Notes: generated by a model not told the origin, from the sequence alone. Counted from the first letter of the stretch, positions 24,229 to 37,849 are shown. The stretch: 64,000 bases of DNA from Basidiobolus meristosporus CBS 931.73 (GCA_002104905.1 MCFE01000125.1:1-64000), one strand, 5' to 3'. Made by a program: numbers and translations.

Positions 24229-27135
24229 ATGACTCTACACAGTGGTGCTAAACGACTCAGTAATGGCACAGAGAAAAACAAGCAGGAGTACAAAGTCAAA
24301 GTAGTCTGTAGAGTTCGCCCCTTTCTACCCCATGAAGAGCCTGACGAATCAGTCACGGTGGAAGGAAACTCTGTGGCCATAGTGAACCAGCGCAACAAAA
24401 GCGAGAACTTGAAATACAGGTAATTTTCCATCTCGACACCTTGCTCCTCTTGATCAGCAACTAAACCTGCTCGGTTGTTAGTTTTGATTCCTGTTACGGT
24501 CCTGACGCCAAGCAGCGCTCGATTTTTGAAAAGGACGTGAAGCCGTTGATTCAGAACATTTTCAAGGGGCTTGTATGTCTTTTTCCTGGAAACCGTGTGG
24601 CGGAGGATCCTCGCTAAATGTACCCTTGTCCCCTTTTAGAATACCACCATCTTTTGCTACGGCGTGACTGGAGCAGGTAAGTGGCGCAAAAACGCCCTAC
24701 CGTCTAGCCCCGTCTTACTCAACCACCCTCTCTAGGCAAAACGCACACGATCCAAGGAAGCGACAAAGAACCGGGCATCATTCCCCGCACGCTTCAGCGG
24801 GTGTTCAAGGAGAAGAAAAAAAGGCCAGAGCTGGATATCAAAATCTCCTACATGGAGATCTACAAGGAAAACGTTTACGATCTATTGGTGCCACGGGAAT
24901 CGGTAAGCCTCGCGTCACTGGCCCATTTTCGTAGACGCTCTCACTTACCTTTCCCGTTTGCAAAGAATGTCGGCTTAGCGATCCGCGAAGACTCCAATCG
25001 GAACATCTTCGTTGCCAACCTCTCAGAGGTAAGTCCAGTCTCCGCCTGCTGGCCCGCAACCCTATCAAGGACTCACCCTTCTTTTCCTGCTGCACAGAAA
25101 ACGATCACCTCGTACGAGCAATTCGAGAAGATCTACGCGTAAGGCCCCCGGCTGTCGAATATGATCCTCCCAAGTCGTACTAACCTCATTTTGTAGCATT
25201 GCTTGCAAGGGCCGATCCACCGCCAGTACCAAGCTAAACATGGCCTCCAGCAGATCGCATGCCATCCTGTCCTTACAGGTACCCACCCCCTTCATGCCAC
25301 ACTGTACGGCGCCATTTCCTAACCCGATGTCAAGGTTCAATGGAGAGACGAGGAGAAGAAGAAAACGATCACCGGAAAAACACATTTGATTGACTTGGCT
25401 GGATCTGAAGACAATCGTAGAACCGGGAACGGAAAGGATCGTATGGCCGAGAGTGCAGCCATCAACAAGTCCCTGTTCGTGCTAGGCCAGGTGGTCGAAG
25501 CACTGAATGCTGGCGCGGTAAGTCGTCCTCTTTCCCGGCGAGTTTCAAGGACCCCAACCAATTGACGCTTCTATTCTAGACCAGAATCCCATACCGTGAC
25601 TCGAAGATGACCAGAATCCTGCAGGATTCCCTCGGTGGTAGAAGCTTGGCCATGATGATCGTGAATGTTGCTCCTGGTCAGGTGAGAGCAGCCGGTTCAA
25701 CTCGGATTCGTCCCCATTCCCTGAGCTAACGGTTCTTCCCCCCTCCCCACACCTAACCCACGTAGAAATTCTATCTGGATACACACAAGTAAGCCAACAA
25801 CCCGGCCTTTGCCATGGACAAGACGTAACTAACCCGATATTAGCACCCTTAATTTTGCCACCAAATCCAAGGAGATTGTCAACAAGGCCGTTGTCAACGA
25901 AGTTGCGGGTACGTGTTGAGTTTATTCGTATCGTTTCAGGTGCCTCTGTTGAAACCAAGCTCTCCAGATCAACCCAAGTTCGTGAAGCCCATGGCCCCTG
26001 CTAGTCTAGGCAAGGCGCAGAGAATACCATCCGCACCCGTCGTGCCAGCTGCTTCCATCGCCTCCACAACCGTCAACGGCCCCAAGAAGAGACTACGCCT
26101 CAGCGACACCACCTCGGACGCCGTCACCACCAAGAAGATCAGCAAGGGCGAGCGACTCAGTGACGGGGTCATTGAGACCATGGAGGTCACAACCAAGAAC
26201 AAGAAGATCACTGATGGCGATCTGGAAGCGAGGGTTCAGAAGATATTGGATAAAAAGATGAAAGAGATGTCCGGGGTCAACCCGCTAGCGAGGTAATTCT
26301 TCCCGAGTGGCTCGACACCAACACCGTACTCACGCGTTTCTCCACATCAGCACACTGGTGAACCTGAAGAGCAACACCAAGTAAGTCCACCCGTCGGAAT
26401 TTCCCATCCATGGCATTTACCAACACGTTCTCTCCCAAGGCAAGGGAAGTCGGAAGCCATGGAGATCGCCGACCTGCTCACCCCGTGCACCAAAACGAAA
26501 AACGCCAAGGCCTACATCGTGCGCGGGAAGCTGCTGCAACAGCAAGGGCAGCTGGAGTCGGCCCTCGGCTACTTCGAAAAAGGTAATCTCAAGGGATGCT
26601 TCCCCGGGTCGATTGGTTGCTGACCTCTTGGTTCTAGCGGCCGTGTTTGTTCCCAACAACGATAAGCTACACAAGCGCATATCGGGCATCCAGGCGATCC
26701 TGAACGACCCCGATTACTCCCGGTCCGCCACCGTCACAAATCCCCCCAGACGGATCTTCGAGAGCTCAAAGCTACGCAACTCCAGCAACTCGGACGATGA
26801 GTATGTGGAGGACGAAGAGGACGAGGAGTATGCTGACGGGGAGAGGGAGCTCACCACCGTCGAGAAAGAGATACTGAGCATCGTGAACAGTGGCAAACTG
26901 CGTTTAGTCAAGACGCTGAAAGGCGTGGGGGAGAAGCGTGCTCGTCAGGTAAGTTCGATCTGCCCCAAGCCTACTCTCCCAACCGAGGATTAACCTCCCT
27001 TCTCTTCTCTTCCCTTCCCGACAGATCGTGGATTTCATCGAGTCCAACGGCCCCATCAACTCCCCGAATGAGCTCACGCGTGCCGGGCTAAGCGAAAACA
27101 TCGTTGCGAACATCGTCAAAGGCAACTCCAACTGA
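24229..27135 (+). CDS. KIF22: Kinesin-10 family chromokinesin (KIF22/Kid-like) with C-terminal helix-hairpin-helix, many exons
   Basis: [38 protein letters not shown] (KIF22-like) and [19 protein letters not shown]-terminal HhH sequence [21 protein letters not shown]. Confidence 0.85.
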
Positions 27136-27292
27136 TTCATCGATAGAGTCTCTCTGGAAGGGGATGGGTGTTGCTGAGGTGTGGGGAAGTGATTTTGTTG
27201 ACGATGTAGTTTCCATCCAATACCCATCATTCATTTTATTTAAATCTCTTGTAAATAAATTCTATCACCTAGTCATGGCCGTGGCTTGTTTA

Positions 27293-30200
27293 TTAATGCG
27301 ACTTCATTCCCACCGCCGACGCCCCGATCTCCGAGATCAAGCAGATCGTACACACGCATCCACGATGCTCCGGCTTGTAAGTGGCTCGGCAGTAGGGGCA
27401 GTGTACGGCTGGCTCGTTCTGGTAGATAGGGGTGTAGGATTTGGCACAGAGGGTGAACGAGTTGTATTGATCGTATTCTATAGCAATCTCATCCCGTGAG
27501 GTCTGGTCACTGATGGCTTGAACCTTACGTGCCTAGAGGATGAATCTGGTTAGTGATGTCGATGGATGTACGGAAGGGCTCTGTGTTCATACCTGAGCTG
27601 CAATCTGTGGTGGTGGGGCAAGCTCCAGAAGACGGCGGGCGAACATCGACGCCGACAAACAGTTCTTGCTCTTGAAGCTCAACGTCATGGCCGATCTCAA
27701 GCTAAGTTGGGTGTGGATAGGCTCCAGCTCACAGTGGGTGAAGTAGGCCGCTAGCTCGAGGGCGCGTTTGACATTCTCGGGGTCCTCTGCGGGGAGTTCC
27801 CGGCGTAGCTTCTCCATGCTCAGCCCAAGTAAATACTCCCTGCAGAAGCCGACCATCTTCCGGATCTCCTCCACCTCCGAGGCCTCAGATACGATCACGA
27901 AGGGGAGCGAGTGCAAAAGGGTACGGAACAGCTCGATCGCCTCGGGGAATTTGCCTGCGGAGGTGGCTTTGTACGCGCTCCGGAGCAACTCGAGGAGAGA
28001 CTCCATGGTGTAGGTGACGACGGGGTGGGCCTTGGGGTATTGCGCCTTTTCCCAGTCCCGACGGATTGGAACAGCCACGGTTGGTGTCGATGGATTGCAT
28101 AGGAGGTTGGTGCGGCTTGCCTGGTAGATGGTCAAGAACTTGGGCTTCAATGGGCCAAAGTTGACCGCGCCTATTTGTGAACTCAACAGCTGCATGGCGG
28201 ACTCGAACGATCCCGCGGCGATATGATCTGCCACCAAGGTGGAGTTCTTACACCACATCTCGAACTCGCTTATACCAGACGCCGGCATGACAAACTCGGT
28301 TGGGTGTCCGTCGCTTAGCAGGTCTACATCGAGGTCAGCGTCGAGCTTCAGGTCATTATCAAGGCCCCAGCCGGATCCTTCCACAATCTCGTCATATTCA
28401 CCGATGTGGATTTGTTTGGTGATCCCTTCAATATCGTCGTCGCCCCAGTTGTCATCCATCTCGTCCATGGCTCCGTCGGCATTCACCTGTTCGGATGCGG
28501 CGATTGCTTCGAATGCGTTCTCGAAGGAGCTCTTGTTCACGTTGAGGACTGGCCAGTTGGCACGACTATTGTTTACGATAGGGGCGGCCGGCTGGAGCAA
28601 CTTGCCTTCAGGAAGGGCATCCGAGACATCCTCTGGAGACATGCCAGCAGCGGCAAGAATGTTTTGCGCCTGCTCCTCGAGCCCATGGGACTTGGCTGTA
28701 AGGTAGGCAAGAGGATCTACGTAGCTACGGGTTAGTGGAATTCGGCAAATCTCTTGGAACGAAATGTGGTCTTACGCTGGCCGACTTCCAAAAGCATCTG
28801 GATCCTGTCCTCGACATCCCCTAGGTAGAGCGAGTTCTGGAAGCGAGACATGTAATCGTTGCGGTGCTCCGCGATCTTCAACATCTTCCTCAGGTTCTCC
28901 GTGTTTCCGGTGGCCAGGTAGAGGAATGAGAGACGGTCGTAGTTCTTCACGCGCTGGTAGGCCATCTCGACAATCTGCAACACGACACAACTAGGTCAGC
29001 CAACCGGTCGCACACCCGTTTGGTTCGATACACTTACCTCTTGGTTTCCATGCTTCAAGGCCTCCGAGCCCAGGCGGTTCCAGCACTCGGCCTTATCGAT
29101 TCCCCTTGCGGCCTCCAGAGCGACCTCCAGGTTTCCACACTCCAGGGCCAACTCGAACCGGGTGCGCTCGTCTTGGACGAAGTGCAACGCAATCTAATAA
29201 CGGGAATGTCAGCGACGCGGTAGGGATCCCGACCAAGAATAGAAAATCAACCTCAGGGTAGCCGATCTTCTGCAGGTACGCGATGACGGATTGTCCCACA
29301 AGATTGGAATTCCGAATGATGTAGAGGACTTCGTCGTAGTTCTTGTTGATAAGGGCAAGCTTGAATCGATACTCCGTAGGGTCGATGGTGGTGACTCGTG
29401 CCTTGCCGTCCCGATCCAATGAATAGATGTTCTTTCCCTTCGCCCTGGTGAGGTACAAAGGATGTTCGATGCTGCGGACGATTCCATTATCACTAAGAAG
29501 AAAGCCCTCTCCCCGTTAGTTGATGCTCGAAGAGATGCTCGACGCCCCCCAAGATTACGTACCCCTGAGGCAACAGGTATTTGATGTGGTTCAGGGTGGT
29601 GTAAAGGAAGATGCCGGTGTCATCGAAAACTCCGCTCTTGATCCGGATCGTTTCATGAATCTGGCATTTCTGCGTGAGATCTTTGGTGGCCAGTGTGATG
29701 GCTGATCGAGAAAGAGATTAGAAAAACCGAGCCCGAATCGAGATGGTTCCACGCGGGAGACTCACTGTGTTTGCTCAGTAACGCTACGGTGGACATGTCC
29801 GTGGACCAGACAACATATTTGACGGCCTCCACGTTGAGCTCGGCACTGGTCTGACGCTGCTGAACGTCGTAGAGGATGACGCCGGTGGGGGTGGTCAGCA
29901 AGAGATTCCCGCCAGGGGCAGGGAACAGGTCGACCACCGTGGTAGGTGGGGTGATGGTTTTGGTGTCGCGTTAGACAGATCCTTGATGTTGATTGTCTTG
30001 AGAAGGGCAGGGCGGTTAGGGATGAGGCTGGGTCTTGGTAGTGCGTACGGACTGCAGTCTTACCTGGGTTGACTTGTCGAGAACGGCAAATCGGTTACGT
30101 GCGACGAAGATTGCCGAAGATCCGTTCCCGCGTTTGGGCTCGGCTTTGAGCGGCTCTCCTCCGAGGTTGTCTCTCGGGAGATTGAACAACTCGTAAACGC

Positions 30201-31829
30201 AATTGTCGTTGCTAACCTAGAAGCCGGAAGTGCATCAGATTGGGTCACAAAGGGCATACCCGAGGCTCACTCACCGTGGTTATGAGGACGGCGTGCTCGG
30301 CAGGATTGTACGAGAGTGTGCGTGGGGAGACGAAATTGTTGGATCGGGTGAAGGAGACCACTGGGGTGTCGGTGGTCTTGGTGAAATCGTAGAGGTGGAT
30401 TTGATTTTCGCGCACGAAGAAGAGCGAGTTCTGATGGATCGAGTAGGCTGGGCGCTCTCTTTCCAACTTGAATACGATCAGCCCATTGTCGTGGCCTAGA
30501 CGTAGCGGATGTTAGGTTGTCGGGTGAGGGTGGGCTCGCGGGGTAGGCAACATTACCTGCAGCAAAGAGATTCAACTCTGGGTGGGCGCAGAGGATCCAG
30601 AAACGATCATGCTCCCTTCTGAATGTCTGGACCAAGGTTCTTTTCGTCATGTCCCACACACGAATCGATTTGTCTTCGCCGTTAGAAACCATCAGCTCCT
30701 GGCGAGGATGGAACACTACGCTAGATACATTGTTCAGGTGACCACGGCAGGTATCGACTTCCCAGGCTCTAGCATCTGTATCCGTTGGTCAGCCTGGCTG
30801 CTCTAATAAGCGAGATCTGAACGAACAAACCGTTATATCTCCAGAGCTTAACCTGTCTGTCGTCTCCGCTGGAGACGATTAAAGGTTGGTCCTCATGAAA
30901 CGAAACCCAATTGACGCCGCGGTCATGCCCTTCAAGCACGAATTTCACCACCGCGTCCGTGTTTCCAAAGGCATCCTGGGGAGCAGGGCGACCCATGGAA
31001 TTCTCAAACGAGGAGCCGGGTCCAGAGTTCTTCTTGCATAGTCCTGTGACGAATCCTGGGTTAGAGCGCTGATCACCGTGAGCAGCGGACGGGTGCTCTG
31101 GAACATGTACCTGAGATATCCCACACTCGGACCGTTTGGTCCAAACTAGCCGAGGCAATCAAGTTCTCCTTGGGGTGGAACTGTGCGCACATGACGTAAT
31201 GGTTATGCCCGGTCAAGACCGCTATACACGAACGGGATTGCCAGTTCCAAATGCGAATGGTCTGGTCATCCGAAGCACTGATGATCCAAGGATGCTCGTG
31301 GTGGAAAAACACGGTTCGGACGTAATCCAAATGCCCGGTGAGGGTGAACATGCAGCGTCTGGTTTTCAAGTTCCACACTTTGATCTTCGTGTCATCGCCG
31401 CCGGAGACGAACAAGGGCTGGGTCGGATGAAAGGACACTCCACGAACCGGGCCTGCGAGGGGGTGTTGGTAAAGGTTAAGGCAAGGGAAAGGTCAAGGTG
31501 GTTAATAAAGGTATCGTTGGCTTCGGGATTGCCCTGCTCGGCGAAACACCCCAGCAGGGCTGAAACTTCAAGAGAAAACTAGTGCTGACCATCGTGCTCT
31601 TCGAACCGCTCGATTAAGGTTCCCATTCGATAATCCCATAGCTGAACTGAACCATTGTGTAGTGCGGAGAGAATCCAAGGTCTTTTGGGGTGAAAGCTGA
31701 GTCCCTTCACACGGTTGCTTTTGGATTCGAACTGGGGTTCGGCAAGCGAAGGAAAGAAAGGTTTAGCCACACAGCACAAAAACTACCACGCTATCGACAA
31801 ACCCAGCAAACCTTGGTAAGCATCTGCAT
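27293..31829 (-). CDS. COPA: Coatomer subunit alpha (alpha-COP; Cop1/Ret1), multi-exon
   Basis: Begins MQMLTK|[23 protein letters not shown]40 repeats ([25 protein letters not shown]), [11 protein letters not shown]-terminal ELAAYFTHC and CPYC...CTIC. Stop TAA at 27293-27295. Confidence 0.96.
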
Positions 31830-32161
31830 GATGTGCGAAGAATGTGTCAGAGAACGCTTTACTAATCAAAGAACCCTTTCGCTCACTGGCGGCCTAAATT
31901 ATCCCTCTCAAGATCCAATAAACTTGGTACGTATGGGAATTGTGTCCAATTGGGATCGAGATGCGCTTCGCATCGCTGGGATCAATCATGCCTATCATGG
32001 CCAACCTAGACTGACTACTCAATGCCACGATTTTCTGGATGATGATTTATTGAGGAAACTACTGAGCGGACGTTAAATTACAAGTATTATCACCAAGTTG
32101 GCATCCATAGTGAACGGCATAAATAGATTGGTTCCATAGTGAACGGTATAAACAAATAGGC

Positions 32162-32719
32162 TCATTCGGAGGTGGGTTTGGATTTTTGGTATAGATCCAG
32201 CAGACGCTTCAATCCGACCAGCCACTTCCCTTCCGAGTCGAACTCCGTGGTCATCAATTCAACGTGCACGCTCTGCGCCTTGGCAAAATCGCTCCCCTCG
32301 ATAGCTATAATATTCTGTGAGATGGGGATGGGTTGGGATGTACCGGCCGATCGAACCCTTACCTTTGACCATGACCTCAAGCTGCGCGAGGAGATAAGTG
32401 CTCATGGAGCCACTCTTCAGCCTCTCGAACAGGACTTCCAACCGCTTCTCAGTATCCAGAAGCATGCGTCGCTGCGTGGGCTACAAACAGATAATGAATC
32501 CGCTGAACGGTACTCGCTATAGAGGTCACGAATGGCACATACGTTTTGCTCCTTACAAAACGAGAGATACTCCTGCAAGTGTTGCAGCAAAGCTTGCTCC
32601 TCCAGTTCCCTCTCCTCGGTTGGGGAGGTTTTCTTGAAGATGGCATCGCTGGGATCGTTCCAATGGCCAGTGGCGGCATGCCCCTGTCCGCGAAAATCAC
32701 TATAGATAGCAGTGGTCAT
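32162..32719 (-). CDS. Stand-alone SRA1/Sec31 C-terminal-domain protein (~150 aa), 3 exons
   Basis: N-terminal GHWNDP motif (compare SRA1 RGWNDPP). Spliced C-terminus RRMLLDTEKRLEVLFERLK...AIEGSDFAKAQSVHVELMTT...KWLVGLKRLL resembles the SRA1/Sec31 helical domain. Confidence 0.7.
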
Positions 32720-33324
32720 GATGAGATTAAACTCTGGACTCGGGAGATGAAATTAAACTACGGACTTGGGGGACGAAAATAAACTACGGGTTCGCTGGAT
32801 TCCCAGGTGCTTATATATCTTGGCATCCCAATGAGAACTCGCTGATTTATTTACGGCCGCGAGCGACGTTTGGCAACTAATGGATTGGCTTGAATGTCCG
32901 ATATATTGATCCAATGCGCTAATTATAGGATTGAAACGATACACGATACACGTAGGAGGTAAGGGAAAACGAGGGCTATGCATCAACAGGTTGAAATGGT
33001 GGACGGGCTCTGTTTACACAGCCAAGCGTCTCCCCATCATGCGGAAGGTCGTGGAGAATTATCATTCACCGGCTGTACGTCATGCGCTACACACTGCGAG
33101 CTGCGTGGAGTCGCCGCTCCTCGGGTCATGTGACTCGGCCACCGATTGGCGTTATTGAGACAGTTAATTAAATAGTTCAAATGTGGGGATCAATCATCGG
33201 GTAGAATCCTGGGAGATTGGCTATTGTTAGCTAGTCTGGGATGGGCTGGCCTTCTGCTAGGAATAAAAGATCGCCAGGTAGCACAGTTCTGCAGATCGGC
33301 CTCGCTCTTCGAGTTTCTACTTCT

Positions 33325-34201
33325 ATGGCCCATGTATTCCATCGCCGCGAGGCTCGTACATCCGACTCTTTGACCGACACTTTGGTACACGAGTCCACAT
33401 TGCCTCACCAACCGACCACCTTCGAAAAAATCCCTAATGATGCACATGTTGACCACAGCAGTGCCCCGCGGAGATGGACCAGATCCAAATGGCTACTGCT
33501 ATGCACTTACGGAATGGTACGTGTTGCCCACCGGTTTCATCTTAGCATCCCGATTAAACGCTTTCCAGATGTTTTGTATTGGCTTAACCATGCTCCTAGG
33601 CTGCCTGCTAACCTGGTTCCGAGGGTATCTTCGGGCGGAGGTGATCACGGTTGGCTTCAAACGCATCCTGATCATAGCCACTATCGCCAGTATTCTCACC
33701 ATCCTCAACTCCCTTGTGGCATTCTATGGGGCCTTAAAGAACAACCGAAGAGTTCTAACCGTGTGTGCGGTCATCCTTTGGCCGCTCTTGGCCCTCACTG
33801 CGTCGATAGGGTATCTTGCCTACAAGGAGTCGCTCTGGAATCTTCGGTCCAAGCTCGGGACACAATGGCGGGGCCTCACAAATGACCAGCGACTGCTCCT
33901 CCAGAACAACGTAAGTCACAGTCCACCTGATTTCATCGACCTACTCATTCAACCCATCCAGCTGCATTGTTGTGGCTTCCGAAGCCCTTTGGATCGCCCG
34001 GCCCCCTCCAACAAGTGTTTCCTGCGTAGCCTGTTGCCCGGTTGCCTCGGCAAGTACTATCGGTTTAGCGCGACTGTCCTGAAAACCACCTACATCACCG
34101 CCTTCGTCCTGCTTCTCCCCCACCTGGCTCTGATATTCGTCTCGATCTTGTGTTCCAACCATATCGATCTCCGGGATCCACTATCAACCAAGAAACGCTG
34201 A
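33325..34201 (+). CDS. Fungal tetraspanin, Tsp2-like, 3 exons
   Basis: RRWTRSKWLLL, four hydrophobic segments, NLRSKLGTQW...LLLQNN|LHCCGF, CFLRSLLPGC and LCSNHI. GT-AG introns at about 33517-33570 and 33911-33961. Confidence 0.8.
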
Positions 34202-35089
34202 CATCGGTACATTCCATCTGCTCATGTATTCTGTAAGCTATAGATCTTTGTCCAAATTTTTGTCCACATTTTTGTCCAAATAAACCGCAAGACCAACTTT
34301 ACCCTCCGCCACCGCCATCCCGGTTGCTTGATCCCGCGGGGAAGACCATCATTGGAAGGAGGGTGATTGTGTTGGCTATCGATTTCGAGCTCATACCTTG
34401 ATGGATTCACCTTGACCCAACCGATTGGCTCACGAGGTGGTGGCGGTGCGAATCATTCACATAGGCTGCCTTCACCATTGGATTTGTTGAGGCTTTGATC
34501 CCCGTAACACTCGGTGCCCAACATTGGGACTCCGTTGACCGGAATTTCCCGCTTCCGCCGTCTCCACGACATTCATTCATGACGCCATTGGTGGTGAACG
34601 GGCTCACCCTGTTTGTTTGGTAGATCTCAATTTGGCATGGTGTGGGATGAATTCTCCAGATCCCAAGGATGCACTGACATGTTGTTCTGTCTACAAACCC
34701 ATGCTGTGTCCCCATGCATTAGGTATTTACCAAAACAAGATATAGTTGAAATGCTTATGATGGTCCCTACAAAAGCCTATTGCATAAATCAGAACTTGTG
34801 ATATATGGGATGAAGATACCATTAGTGAAGCCTGTCTGGTCCACTGCCTTTGGTGGAACTTTTCCTTTGGTTTGTACTCTTGCAGTGCCTTCAATAAAAT
34901 AGAGCCATGGGATATTTGGCTGTTACTCTTACTCTTTGGGCACACCATTATATCAGTAGATTAGGCACAAAAACTTCACAACCATATTTGCTTCTGAATC
35001 AGAGATTTTCAAGTGGCTAATGTAGGTGTAGTAGTTAAGACTTATTGTGCTGGTTATTCTGAAATACTGCTCCAAATGCATCTTCAGTG

Positions 35090-35380
35090 TAGATTGCTAG
35101 CAGAGGATATCTGACTGACTAGTTATATGGTATTCAATCCAGCATATACATGAAAGCTTGCTAGCCTTGCAGAGAACTTTGTCAGGAGCACAAGACACTT
35201 TTACCCAGGCAAATACAAGGCTCACTGCTGCAAAGTTTCATACACTATTGGTCATTTAGAGTAATACCTTCTGGCTTAGTGGGCCCATTGCTGAAAGTAG
35301 GTATGACAGAGCACACTGAGTCAGAGATTATCCTAAATTTGGTAGAGGGGAGAGATATATAGCAAGCCAAGCATATACCC
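35090..35380 (+). pseudogene. PIF/Harbinger-like DDE transposase fragment
   Basis: Degenerate translation GKYKAHC-K-F..WLSGP..SRYD...GERYIA..AY. Shares ctggcttagtgggcc and flanking homology with the transposase relic at 47860-48680. Confidence 0.55.
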
Positions 35381-35399
35381 TGTGAAAAATAGCTGTCAT

Positions 35400-37760
35400 G
35401 ATCCTGTCAAAATGACCATCACAAAACTGAAATCTCATGACCAAGAGCTATTGGCACTGCTAGGAACCTTTGAAAGAATCATTGAAAAAGTTGCACCTTG
35501 AATTTCAAACAAACCTAGTCAGAATTTCTCACCCAAATAGCCCCTGAATTGCTTCTGGTCTGTTCTCCACCTTTTTCTCTGACATCCTAAGCCCAGATAC
35601 TCAATTCTCTCTTATGTTCAATACATTGATTGGCTATTACCACTTGCTCACACCCCAAATTTACTGACTCTACTGGTGCTGATATGTATAATGCATACCA
35701 ATTGGTTTATTTTCATTAAGACTACAGACATAACACAACTTTTGATTCTGCTGGACTACACAAGCAGCTACACACAACACCAATATTGATCCCAATGCCA
35801 CACCTAATTAGTAATTTCATCAGAATCCACCATCAAATAAGTGACTCTACCTTTACTATTGCTTTTGACTCAATTAGCAGCAACCCTGTGGCTTATGCTG
35901 TTGTCAGCTCACTAGCCCTGATATATCCTGGTGTTCAACCAACAATGCATGGTCTAGCACCTTATCTATCAAACTTTGCAATTTGTAATGGCTCTAATCC
36001 AGTGTGTAATCATTGGTACCATTCTTGAAGAAGCACTGGCACCTCTTAGTGCTTGTTATGCTGTTCTAACAGCTAGAAAAGTGATATATGTTGATGCACA
36101 AGTAAATGCTATCCTTTTCATCATACAGGTTATCTTATATACTTTACCTCACCTTTGGAATTTCTTGTATGTTTAGAGAAAAACATGTTATGTAACAGAG
36201 ATAAGCTCACAAAAGCTGCAATTGCCAATCTTAATCTGACTAAAGTAATCTTTGCTACCAGTGCCAAGGTCTTGGTGTAGTCCAGTAATTTTGCTTCAGA
36301 GTATACTTTGGCAACAAATCTTGCCTTGTATCTTTCTACTACATTTGCATCAGTGCAAGGTCTAACTTCTCATTGACAAGTCTTTGAAGTAGATTCTTGC
36401 AATATTCAAGTGCACTTTCTTCCACACTGCTGTTGAAGTAGTGTGCAATCACTTGGTGTGCATATTACTGTTTCATGGTTCTGCAGTACACTTCTTGATA
36501 AACATCAAATTTCTGAATGTGGCTGCATTGCTCAACAGTAGAATTTTCACTCTGTGCAATAGTTAACATGGGGGCAATGGTAACAGTAATGCCCTCTCTG
36601 ATAGCTTATCAAGCTCAATGCAGTGTGTTGCATATTGTGAAGCTTCCATAATTTGAGAAGATAGCTTTTGTCTTGTTGTTTATTCTTTGTGGCAAATTTG
36701 TTATTTGGATAGTTCTGGGCCCCTATGAAGTGATTCACACTTGGGATACATCTATTAATCTGCTGGTATTCAACTAGTTTTTGCTAGTACTTGACTGACA
36801 CTTTTTCTTCATATATTTAGTTGTAATTCTTTACAGAAGCAGCAAGTAGCTGATTACAAAGCTTGACATGAGTGCTAGTTGATATTATATTCTCCTAGAA
36901 TATATATGAGCCCTACAGCCTTATGCCTTTGTTCATTCACAAGTTCCCACACATATTAGTCTTCAGCTAGCATTTTAAAGCATAGCATTTCTGTCTACAA
37001 GGAGAACATAGTGGCTGTAGCAGACATGGTGCCTTTCTCTACAAACTCATCTGCCTCACTAGAGTGCAGCTGAGCAGGCTGTGTTTCAACTCTACTGAAT
37101 CAGCTGTTGTCTGACTGATAATTCTTCCTTGCTAGTATAGGATTCAGACAGCTTTAAGTTGACAGCATTAATTGGTGAAAACTGCACCTATTTTCTCATG
37201 CTTCTGTGTCTCTGACTTGGGTAGACTTTTTTCCTTTCCATTTACTTTTATCACTGACAGGCCAATTGCTGATGCTTGAACTGAGTAATTATTGCAATGT
37301 ACCATGTTTCTCTTTGATAAATGCTGCACTGGTGCATCTATTTATTCCTGCTTATTGCTTGCCTGCACTCTTTTGTTTGGAGCTTTAAATCCCAATTGTG
37401 AAAAGCTTTTGAGAAAGCCACTGATTTTCAGCCATGGCACCCATGTTCTTCTGCCTGTGATGATTACCACCAATCTTGAGAAACTGTCTCAGTATACTGA
37501 TGCTGGCCCATAATCCATTTTCTTGTTTCCGTCTAGGATAATGCTCATGCAGCAAGTCAAGTGTGCATAGCTTGGCCATTAGTTTCTGATGGTCCCACAG
37601 TATACCTGCCGTTAGTGAGTGGTGTTGTAGTGGGGTAGACATACCTCTCAAAGACAAGTTTATTTACATAGTAGTTATAGCAAGCCTGCTGATATTTAAC
37701 TTGATCAGAATTATCCCATTCTCTGCCAATATTATCAGTATTATCCCATGTATTGCTCAT
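35400..37760 (-). repeat. Copy A of an unidentified degenerate repeat-protein element
   Basis: Colinear homology with 37850-39760 and 40800-42768, including ILWDHQ...LLHEHYP...WAS..ILRQFLK and a shared AT-rich 3' flank. Boundaries are approximate. Confidence 0.6.
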
Positions 37761-37849
37761 TGTGATTAGTCACTAGCATTGGATATACCATGTGTTACAC
37801 AACTTTGTGATATTCAATCATATTCAAATTAGGTAAGCACCCCCATGAG

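Noticed and set aside
32038-32068. C/D box snoRNA (TGATGA...CTGA)
   Set aside because: The boxes are only ~16 nt apart, with no terminal stem or guide region.
32104-32152. 20-bp direct repeat in the 3' UTR of the SRA1-like gene
   Set aside because: A simple local duplication with no further evidence of function.
34593-34620. Helitron 3' hairpin (GGTGA-loop-TCACC) at the CpG boundary
   Set aside because: The stem is only 5 bp, there is no CTRR end, and the orientation is inconsistent with the TE block.
34222-34715. Short ORFs 34222..34410 and 34407..34715 as a gene
   Set aside because: No recognisable domain, one is partly built from a 12-bp tandem repeat, and the other crosses into TE sequence.
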